Source: Candidatus Methanoperedenaceae archaeon (GTDB taxonomy: Archaea > Halobacteriota > Methanosarcinia > Methanosarcinales > Methanoperedenaceae). Taken from it: a DNA stretch of 64,000 nucleotides. The number at the start of each line of letters is the position of its first letter. Within the stretch, counting starts at the first letter, position 1. The notes under the pieces are model-generated. The model saw only the letters and a list, made by a program, of their open reading frames with translations. It was not told the origin of the DNA and ran no database searches. The stretch spans positions 151,797-215,796 of the forward strand of contig CAVWCX010000001.1 of NCBI GenBank assembly GCA_963753595.1, read 5' to 3'. The translations under genes and the position numbers were made by a program. Positions 10,685-19,472 of this stretch are shown piece by piece.

Positions 10685-12046
10685 GTTCAATGCAGGATGT
10701 GCCACGATGCGATGCACAACATAACGATCAAGGATTGTCAAACATGCCATACCAGAGCACCAATCACCCACCCAATTCCAGACCCCTCTTTTTCCCTATA
10801 TACGCAAAGCCAATGCCTCGCTTGCCATGGTGATCCGCACAAAGTGACAGCTGCTGGTGGAGGCTGTGTAGGATGCCACTCCAGTCCAGGCACCAGATAC
10901 TATGTCAATACAAGCCTGTTTGCAGGACATGCAAATTTGAATACATCTGACGGTGCAAATAACGTCACAGATGCAGATTGCATGACCTGTCATTTTGGAT
11001 CATCTGACATCATAATGAGCCCGGATGCGGGTCTTGGTGGTGCAAATCACAATAACACCTGGTTCTGTGATGATTGCCACACTGAAGGTGGATCAGGACC
11101 TCTCAAATCAACAATTCTAAAATCTGTTAGCCATGGTTCAACAGATTGTAAATGGTGTCATATTGCGGGGGACCCTCTACAAAGACCATTAATTAATGAA
11201 AATGAAACATTGAGATATCATCCCAATGGACCTAAGGGAACTTCGGCTGGACAGAATTGCTTAACCTGTCATGTATCTGGCAATCTTCCTGACCTGCCAT
11301 TCCATGCACCTGGAGAAAGCCATTCAACCACGACTACAGATGATTGTAGTGAATTTTGCCACCAAAATTCTGATCCTCACTGGGTCACTCCTTTAAATGC
11401 AGGGACTCTTCCAACTATTTCAGGTTTAACAGTAACCACGCCAGTCACATCAGGAACACCCGCTATAGTTCAAGCTACAATAAAGGATGATTATATGCAG
11501 ATAGCAGCAGCACAATATCGAGTTACTGATGCTTCAGGGGAAATAATTCCATGGACAAACATGACTCCAGCCGGAGGAAGATTTAGTTTATCGACACAGG
11601 GTGTTTCTTCGAATATAATCACCTCGAACCTGAAAGGCACATACACGGTATATGTCAAAGGGATGGCTTCAGCTTATAAGACGAATCCATCAATCCCTTA
11701 TTATCCGATGAATGGGCAATGGAGTAGTGGTGTTTATAGTGCTCAATTTAAAGTGGAAGAACCAGAAGGATATGGTAATGGAACGGTTTATGGTATCCTT
11801 GACCAAAAAATTGCAGGAGCTATAGTATCCACAAATACCAGCGTTTCTACAATAACAGACCAGAATGGGGCTTATTCATTGAGCCTTCCAAATGGAACGT
11901 ATCGGTTGACAGCAAGCAAGGAGCCTGAATATTATTCAAACAGCAGCATAATAGTGGCGGTGACGGCGTTTACCACGGTAACTCAGGATATTATTCTCAC
12001 TCCTAAACCAACGGGAAATATAAGCGGGACTGTCAGAGTTAAATGA
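10685..12046 (+). pseudogene. C-terminal part of the IS-interrupted multiheme cytochrome (9 heme motifs plus the shared C-terminal module)
   Basis: Removing the IS and one target copy restores GAT GTT CAA TGC AGG ATG TGC CAC (DVQCRMCH) in frame; ends KPTGNISGTVRVK. Confidence 0.9.
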
Positions 12047-12262
12047 GCACTCGTGAGGTTGAATTATTACATGTAAAATATAATGTAACAAAAATTCATG
12101 CAATGACTTTGAATAAAAAAAGATAATTTGAAAATAAATGGCAAAAAAAGGCAATTTTAACCTCGCCCAAATTTTTTTGCTCAAGTGGTAATATTCGCTA
12201 TACTCCCAATAACTGTAAGGTAAAATAAGAAATCTTAAATATCCGGACGTGGATTACGATTT

Positions 12263-12628
12263 ATGTTTTCGAATAATTTAACCAGAATAATTGTATCTCT
12301 ACTGTTGGTGTTTTTTGTTTTTAGCGCAGCAACAGATGCAGCAACTACAACTACCTATAGTGGAGTGACAACAACTTATGTTGGCAACATCAGAGGCGGT
12401 GTAACGGCAGCCTACAGTGGCATAAACTCAAGCGGAAGTGCGCAACCTGGTGAAAATGTCACTGATACAGTCAAAACACCTATCCCTGTTGCTACAGTAA
12501 CTGAAAAAGCAAGTCAAACAGAAACAGGTAAAATACCCACAACTCCATCAGAAAAGGCTTCCGGATTTGAAGTTGTTTTCGGAATGTTGGCCATAAGTAT
12601 TCTATGGTTTAAACTGAAGAGAAGATAA
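12263..12628 (+). CDS. Small secreted Thr-rich protein with a PGF-CTERM-like (archaeosortase) C-terminal anchor
   Basis: N-terminal signal; T/P-rich linker; ends ASGFEVVFGMLAISILWFKLKRR (xGF, hydrophobic helix, basic tail). Confidence 0.8.
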   Translation: MFSNNLTRIIVSLLLVFFVFSAATDAATTTTYSGVTTTYVGNIRGGVTAAYSGINSSGSAQPGENVTDTVKTPIPVATVTEKASQTETGKIPTTPSEKASGFEVVFGMLAISILWFKLKRR

Positions 12629-12939
12629 TTCCTGGCGATTTCCAGAAAAGTAATAGTTTGAGATAATACTATACTAATTCAGCCATATGTGGCCTGAGCA
12701 ATCATATTTTACTATTTGACAACATCAGTGTATATGGACAAATCAGAAGCTGAGAGTTTCACCTTGGGGGTGCGCCGGATGGCGGTGGATATGAGATTTT
12801 TCCAAACGTCTTATAATGATTATAACAATTATTATTTATCCCATTCAATAAATTTAAGTAGAAAGAAAGGGTACGTAAAAACAATCGTCGTTTTCAATAA
12901 TCGTAATTTGAAAATGTTTTACAATGGATAGGATAGGAT

Positions 12940-15732
12940 ATGGATCATAAAAGTTACGTGGTATTTAAAATGAAAAATACGATCGAAACTGGAATTTTAT
13001 TAATTTTGTCAATACTGCTTTTAACCAATGTGGCAAGCGCTGCGTACACGGGCTGGGTGGCCCCGAGCGCAAATTCAGGCGGATCAGGGGTTTCAAATCC
13101 AACTTATGCTTACGTTGATACTACTACATATGCATCTTTCTCCAATGCTGGTTATTGGAACTGGTATGGTTATGCATTATCCTCAATTCCTTCGGGAAGT
13201 ACTATAGATGGTATTGAAGTAAACGCAAAAGGACGTGAATCTTCGTCTGGTTGTAGTAGTTGTTATATGCGGTTGCGGTTAAGCTATGATGGCGGTACGA
13301 CCTGGACAAGTTATATCAATACGGCATCTTCATCATGGACAACTACCATCTCGGATCATATTGCTGGAGGCCCGGCTAATAAATGGGGGCGCGAGTGGAC
13401 AAGAGACGAGATAGTGAATAATCTTAGAGTTCAGGCGTATTGGGTTGGCAGTAGTACTTCAGGACGTCTTACCTATCTTCCTGTGAAAATTTATTATACT
13501 GAACCAGTCGATATAACTCCCCCTGTAATTACATTATCAGGTTCAAGTTCGGTGACCGTCGAAGCAGGTTCCGTATATACCGATGCGGGAGCAACTGCAC
13601 AGGACAATATTGATGGCAACATTACTTTATCCATTGTAACAGGCGGTCTCCCGATCAATACGAACATCCTCGGAACTCACACAGTCACTTACGATGTGAA
13701 TGACTCTAATGGCAATGTGGCGATCCAGGTTTCAAGAACTGTTAACGTTGTTGATTCAACTCTCCCTGTAATTACGTTATCAGGTTCCAGTCCTGTTACC
13801 GTCGAAGCAGGTTCTGCATATACCGATGCGGGTGCAACAGCCCTTGATAACTATGATGGTGATCTTACTTCTTCCATCGTAACAGGAGGTCTCCCGATCA
13901 ATACGAACATCCTCGGAGCTCACACAGTAACTTACGATGTTACTGACTCTAATGGCAATGCAGCGATCCAGGTGACAAGAACTGTTAACGTTGTTGATTC
14001 AACTCTCCCTGTAATTACGTTATCAGGTTCCAGTCCTGTGACCATCGAGATCGGTTCTTTATATACCGATTCAGGGGCAACAGCATTGGATAATATTGAC
14101 GGTGATATTACCTCTTTTATAGTAACGGTCAATCCTGTAAACACAGCAATTATTGGAACATATACTGTCACCTATAATGTAAAAGACTCAAGCAACAATA
14201 ATGCAGATCAGAAAACAAGAACGGTCAATGTAGTGGATCTAACTCCACCAGAGATCACCTTAAACGGGAATAATCCAGAAATTGTAGAGGTAGGTTCAAC
14301 CTATACTGATGCCGGAGTCACAGTTACAGATAACTACGATACTGGTCTCTTGGCAACAATGACTGGAAGTGTCAATACAGCAGTTTTGGGAGAATATATA
14401 CTGACTTACAATGCAGTGGACTCTTCAGGAAATGCAGCCATTATGAAAACAAGAACAGTAAATGTAGTGGATACAACCGGGCCTGAGATCACCTTAAACG
14501 GCAATAATCCTGAGACTGTTGAGGCAGGTTCAACTTATACTGATGCCGGAGCCACAGTTACGGATAACTACGATACTGGTCTCATACCAACAATGACTGG
14601 AGCGGTAAATACAGCAGTTGTAGGGATATATACACTGACTTATAATGCAGTTGATACTTCAGGAAATGCAGCCATTATGAAAACAAGAACTGTTAACGTT
14701 GTTGATACAAATACACCAATAATTACGTTATCAGGTTTCACTCCTGTGACCGTCGAAGCAGGTTCAGTATATACCGATGCGGGAGCAACTGCACAGGACA
14801 ATATTGATGGTGACCTTACTTCATCCATTGTAACAGGAGGACTTCCTATCAATACAAGCGAACTCGGAGCTCACACAGTTACTTACGATGTGACTGACTC
14901 TAATGGCAATGCAGCGATCCAGGCGACAAGAACGGTTAATGTTGTTGATACAACTTCCCCTGTAATTACTTTATCAGGTTCCAATCCTGTGATCGTCGAG
15001 GCAGGTTCCGTATATACCGATTCCGGGGCAACTGCACAGGACAATATTGATGGCGACATTACTTCATCCATTGTAACAGGAGGTCTCCCGGTCAATACAA
15101 AAGTCCTTGGAGCTCACACAGTTACTTACAATGTGACCGACAACAGTAGCAATTCAGCCGTCCAGGTGACGAGGACTGTTAACGTCGTTGATACGACTTC
15201 CCCTGTAATTACTTTATCAGGTTCCAATCCTGTGACCGTCGAGGCTGGTTTTTTCGTATATACGGATGCGGGGGCAACAGCTCTTGATAACTATGATGGT
15301 TACCTTAATTCATCCATCGTAACGGGAGGTCTCCCGATCAACACGAACATACTCGGACCTCACACAGTTACTTATGATGTGGCCGATTCTAATGGCAATG
15401 CAGCGATCAGGGTGACAAGAACTGTTTTTGTTACCTCAACACTTCCGAGTGTAAGGCAAATTAACGGCACTGTCATCGATAGCGCGCACACACCCCTTGC
15501 AGGAGTAACAGTTTCAACAACAAACGGAATTTCATCAATGACAGATGGATCCGGAAAATATTCACTTATTGTCGGCCAGGGATCATATCCATTGACTGCA
15601 TCGTATGATATCAGATATTATACGAATAGGTCTGTGACCGTATCCACAACTGGATTCACAAGTGTGACGCAGGATATTGAACTTGTATTGAAACCAACAG
15701 GAAATATAACCGGTATTGTAAAAAGTAATTAA
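12940..15732 (+). CDS. Secreted surface protein with 8 DUF5011/HYR-like Ig repeats and a C-terminal carboxypeptidase-regulatory-like domain (start may be 12970)
   Basis: Signal peptide; 8 repeats DxTxPVITLxG...YTDAGATAxDNxDG...TVTYxVxD...TRTVNVV; ends KPTGNITGIVKSN. Confidence 0.88.
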   Translation: MDHKSYVVFKMKNTIETGILLILSILLLTNVASAAYTGWVAPSANSGGSGVSNPTYAYVDTTTYASFSNAGYWNWYGYALSSIPSGSTIDGIEVNAKGRESSSGCSSCYMRLRLSYDGGTTWTSYINTASSSWTTTISDHIAGGPANKWGREWTRDEIVNNLRVQAYWVGSSTSGRLTYLPVKIYYTEPVDITPPVITLSGSSSVTVEAGSVYTDAGATAQDNIDGNITLSIVTGGLPINTNILGTHTVTYDVNDSNGNVAIQVSRTVNVVDSTLPVITLSGSSPVTVEAGSAYTDAGATALDNYDGDLTSSIVTGGLPINTNILGAHTVTYDVTDSNGNAAIQVTRTVNVVDSTLPVITLSGSSPVTIEIGSLYTDSGATALDNIDGDITSFIVTVNPVNTAIIGTYTVTYNVKDSSNNNADQKTRTVNVVDLTPPEITLNGNNPEIVEVGSTYTDAGVTVTDNYDTGLLATMTGSVNTAVLGEYILTYNAVDSSGNAAIMKTRTVNVVDTTGPEITLNGNNPETVEAGSTYTDAGATVTDNYDTGLIPTMTGAVNTAVVGIYTLTYNAVDTSGNAAIMKTRTVNVVDTNTPIITLSGFTPVTVEAGSVYTDAGATAQDNIDGDLTSSIVTGGLPINTSELGAHTVTYDVTDSNGNAAIQATRTVNVVDTTSPVITLSGSNPVIVEAGSVYTDSGATAQDNIDGDITSSIVTGGLPVNTKVLGAHTVTYNVTDNSSNSAVQVTRTVNVVDTTSPVITLSGSNPVTVEAGFFVYTDAGATALDNYDGYLNSSIVTGGLPINTNILGPHTVTYDVADSNGNAAIRVTRTVFVTSTLPSVRQINGTVIDSAHTPLAGVTVSTTNGISSMTDGSGKYSLIVGQGSYPLTASYDIRYYTNRSVTVSTTGFTSVTQDIELVLKPTGNITGIVKSN

Positions 15733-15920
15733 CGAAAACATCCTGCAGGATCGTATTAAATTAATGTTCCTGCAGGACCATTTGTATTTTTGAGCCCAGA
15801 TATTGAAGAGGAAATTGAACTCTTTTGAAAACTATCTTTTGAAAACCGAAAAGACTAATAACAGGAAGTTTTAAACATATCCGAAATAGCCAAAAAATAA
15901 CGGATAGGTGTGGTTAATAA

Positions 15921-17708
15921 ATGATACAATGTAAAACATATAGAAGATATCAGATCTTCAAGAAGGTTATCGAACTAAGTATTGTGTTATTTGTCCTGTT
16001 GTCTGGCGGGGCACTTGGTGCAACAATAAACCAATGCGGCAATATTGATTCACCAGGCGACTACGTACTTGGCCAGGATATCTGGAGCACAGGGAACACG
16101 GCAGTAACGTCCTGCATTAATATAACGTCAAGCAATGTGGTTTTTGACGGTGGTAGCCATTATATTATTGGCAATTCAGCAGAAGTCGGATCGATCGGGG
16201 TTTACGTGAATAATCCAGCAAGCACTATTACAAATGTAACTGTAAATAATGTGAACGTTACCCGGTGGGACTCCGGAATTTATCTGCGGAATTCTTCTAA
16301 TAATAATGTCACAGGCAACAATGCCTCAAATAACTCAAATGGGATCAACCTGTCTAATTCAAACAATAATTATATTTATAATAATTATTTTAACAATTCA
16401 AATAATGTTATCATTGACTCAAGTGTAAATTATTGGAATACAACAAGACGATCGGAAAAAAACATCATCAATGGCTCTTTTATAGGGGGCAATTTCTGGG
16501 CAGACCCTGATGGTAATGGCTGGAGCCAGACATGCACGGTCAATAATTTCTATGGGATGTGTGATTCACCATACGTTATCGATCCTGCCAACAAAGATTT
16601 CCTGCCGCTTACGAAATTACTGCCAACGGCAAGGTACATTACCGGTAAAGTACTTGATAATGTTACTAAACTGGGTATTGCTGGCGTGAATGTATCTCTT
16701 AATAACAGCAACTCGACTATCACTGATGATGATGGGTTGTATTTCTTCGTGGTAGGGCCAGATACATTTGAAATTACGGCGACTTTTGATATGACGTATT
16801 ATACGAATAATTCGGTAGTCATTTCGACAGTATCAAATCCTGTTGTGGAGCAGGATATTTTACTTGTTAAGAAGCCAACAGGAACGATAACAGGTAAGGT
16901 GTCCGGATACACAATGATAACAATATCTTCACCAGTGAATATCTTTTACCACACGACTGAAATTCCATTGATCGTCTCTTGCGACAAGCCAGCCAATTCC
17001 TGGCAATATAGCCTGAATGGGGCAGCTAATGTCACATTCACACCACCTGCTACTATAACTGTTTCACAGGGACAGAATAACCTGATAGTATATGCACTGG
17101 ATTCAACAGGTAAATGGGATTCAAATTCAGTTTCATTTTCTGTGGATTCGATACCTCCGGCATCTGTGGATAACCTTCACAATGTAAGCTATGCCTTTGA
17201 TTATATCAACTGGACATGGGCTGATCCGGCAGATGAGGATTTCCAAAAAGTGCTGGTGTATCTTGATGGCGTTCTTAAGGGCGAAGTTCCAAAAGGAGTA
17301 ATGTATTTCAATGCTACTGGCCTGGAACAGGCAACTTACACAATTGGTATAAGAACAGTGGATATCAATGGCACTGAAAATGCGACCCTGAGGACGCACA
17401 CAGCAGCCACAATTCTTCCGGAAGGAAGGTACATTAACGGTACAGTAATGGAAAAGGGCACAACAAACGGAATAAAGGGCGTTAATGTGACCACCAATAC
17501 ATTAGTTTCAACATTGACGAATGAAACAGGGTTCTATTCACTGTCCCTTCCTTCGGGCTCATTTGACCTTACGGCAAGGCTTGAGCCAGGATACTATACC
17601 AATAGTTCGGTAACGGTATCAACAGAATTGAGAGCTGTTACGATACAGAATATTGAACTTGAAATTAAACCAACAGGAAATATTACAGGAAGTGTTAAAC
17701 ATGCTTAA
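15921..17708 (+). CDS. Secreted surface protein: NosD-like parallel beta-helix, Ig/FN3-like domains and two carboxypeptidase-regulatory-like domains
   Basis: GIYLxNSSNNNV and NNYIYNNYFNN beta-helix motifs, GGNFW; internal KPTGTITGKV and terminal KPTGNITGSVKHA. Confidence 0.85.
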   Translation: MIQCKTYRRYQIFKKVIELSIVLFVLLSGGALGATINQCGNIDSPGDYVLGQDIWSTGNTAVTSCINITSSNVVFDGGSHYIIGNSAEVGSIGVYVNNPASTITNVTVNNVNVTRWDSGIYLRNSSNNNVTGNNASNNSNGINLSNSNNNYIYNNYFNNSNNVIIDSSVNYWNTTRRSEKNIINGSFIGGNFWADPDGNGWSQTCTVNNFYGMCDSPYVIDPANKDFLPLTKLLPTARYITGKVLDNVTKLGIAGVNVSLNNSNSTITDDDGLYFFVVGPDTFEITATFDMTYYTNNSVVISTVSNPVVEQDILLVKKPTGTITGKVSGYTMITISSPVNIFYHTTEIPLIVSCDKPANSWQYSLNGAANVTFTPPATITVSQGQNNLIVYALDSTGKWDSNSVSFSVDSIPPASVDNLHNVSYAFDYINWTWADPADEDFQKVLVYLDGVLKGEVPKGVMYFNATGLEQATYTIGIRTVDINGTENATLRTHTAATILPEGRYINGTVMEKGTTNGIKGVNVTTNTLVSTLTNETGFYSLSLPSGSFDLTARLEPGYYTNSSVTVSTELRAVTIQNIELEIKPTGNITGSVKHA

Positions 17709-17818
17709 ATATGTGCAAATGCAGAATAAAATGATGATGAGGAACGAAAAAGTCGAAAGTTATATAAACTTTCGTTTCATAAGATTGTTATATAATAATA
17801 TAGGATAGGAGAGTAGAA

Positions 17819-19459
17819 ATGAATCAAATGAAAGGTTTTTCTCGAGTGAATAGATTTATTGCGTTGTTGTTAGCTATATCGTTTTTGGTATTGGGGACTG
17901 TGAGTTCAGTATCAGCGGCTGTTACAACTGCAAGCGGTGACAATATAAGCGGTGCATTTGTCAAGCTTGTGGATTATCCCCAGTATAATGCTACGACTGA
18001 TGGTTTTGGGAATTATGCTATCCTTAATGTACCATATGATGGGCTGGCGGGGGGGTCGACATATTCAATAAGAACTCGTGCGGCTGGATTCGCTCTAAAT
18101 ACCAGCACTGTTTTTATTAATGGAGCGAGTGCAACAAAGAATATTGCTTTATTACCGGGATATAAATACACTGCAGCTGGTCAGATATATGGTGGCCAGT
18201 GGAGAACTAATTTCATAATCGGTAATCTGGGGCCCCAAGCTACAACCTTAGATGTTAACTTCATAGATTTGTCAGGTATCACCAGAAATAATTCCGAGGA
18301 TGTAATTTCAAATATGGCCTCGAAAGATTACACCTGGTTTGATAGAGTAGGCGCTATTGAAGGATCAGGAACAATAACTTCAGAACAGTTAATTGACACA
18401 GTAACCTTACAAAGAAGCAGTTCAGCAGGTAAAATAGGATTCTTTGAAGGAACACCATTGAATACAGAAAAAACACAATGGTTTGTGCCAGGTATGATTT
18501 TCTCTGGTCAGTGGAGATCAGGGTTTAAAGTTCTGAATCTTGGAACTGTTGATGCGGATGTGACTATGTATTGGTATAATTCAAATGGTGTTTTGATAAA
18601 CACAATAACCAGAACAATACCTCCAAATGCAGCGCCATATTATGATTGGAATACCTATGGGTTAATTGCAAGCGGGAACTCACCACAAGCAACTGAAGGT
18701 ACGGTTACTATCGTCTCTAACAATGCCCAACCCATCAGTGTAACAGCATCACAGGCAAGTGAAAGCGCAGGAAAATTCGGGTTCTGGAACGGTATTTATT
18801 TGAATGACCAGAAAACAGATGTATTTGTTACAGGTCAATTATGGAATAATCCAGCATGGAGATCAGGCTTTAAAGTAGCGAACATTGGTTCAGTTGATGC
18901 TGATGTAACTATGTATTTCTATAATTCTGCAGGCACTTTGATAAATACTGTGAACAGAATTGTATCTCCAAAAGCATCACCATATTTTGATTGGTATACA
19001 TATGGATTTGTTCCAAGCGGAAATGTTGCAGGCGACGGCACTGTCAGAGTAGTATCAAATAATGGTACACCTATATATGTGGTAGAAAGCCAGGCCAGTG
19101 AAGTTCCAGGGTTTATTGATTTCTATCAGGGTGTAGAAATTAATGGAAATAATACTGCAGGCCTTATAAACTTGAAATTTGGAGGCGGTGAGCGAAGTGG
19201 ATTCAAGATTGCAAATCCTGGGAATTCGCCAATAACTGCTACTATCAAATTCTATAACGCTACTGGAGGACTTCTAAGAACTGAAACCGGTTTTAGTGTT
19301 CCTGCGAAAGGATCGCCATACTTGGCCTGGAATACATATACTTCAGAACCTTCAGGTTCAGTGACTGTGGAAGCAACAAACAGGATAAGTGTTACAGTAA
19401 GCTTCGCAAGTGATACAGAAAGCAAAATGGGTATGTTTAAAGGAATAGCAGTACAATAA
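17819..19459 (+). CDS. Secreted protein: N-terminal carboxypeptidase-regulatory-like domain apparently missing its first strand, then four ~105-aa beta repeats
   Basis: Signal peptide ending VSA; repeats WRSGFKVxNxGxxxAxVTMxxYNxxG...GTVxIxS...GxF; RBS-like GGAG and a TATA-like element near 17760. Confidence 0.8.
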   Translation: MNQMKGFSRVNRFIALLLAISFLVLGTVSSVSAAVTTASGDNISGAFVKLVDYPQYNATTDGFGNYAILNVPYDGLAGGSTYSIRTRAAGFALNTSTVFINGASATKNIALLPGYKYTAAGQIYGGQWRTNFIIGNLGPQATTLDVNFIDLSGITRNNSEDVISNMASKDYTWFDRVGAIEGSGTITSEQLIDTVTLQRSSSAGKIGFFEGTPLNTEKTQWFVPGMIFSGQWRSGFKVLNLGTVDADVTMYWYNSNGVLINTITRTIPPNAAPYYDWNTYGLIASGNSPQATEGTVTIVSNNAQPISVTASQASESAGKFGFWNGIYLNDQKTDVFVTGQLWNNPAWRSGFKVANIGSVDADVTMYFYNSAGTLINTVNRIVSPKASPYFDWYTYGFVPSGNVAGDGTVRVVSNNGTPIYVVESQASEVPGFIDFYQGVEINGNNTAGLINLKFGGGERSGFKIANPGNSPITATIKFYNATGGLLRTETGFSVPAKGSPYLAWNTYTSEPSGSVTVEATNRISVTVSFASDTESKMGMFKGIAVQ

Positions 19460-19472
19460 AGTGAATAAAAAT

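Noticed and set aside
12716-12931. 71-aa ORF and a short GC-rich hairpin near 12760-12790
   Set aside because: No recognisable protein or RNA motif and weak start context.
15740-15777. Two TCCTGCAGGA palindromes after the Ig-repeat gene
   Set aside because: Could be a terminator or operator, but it occurs at one locus only and cannot be assigned.
3577-17705. KPTG tails as DNA recombination (shufflon) sites
   Set aside because: Similarity is at protein level with synonymous differences; all are in direct orientation and no recombinase is present.
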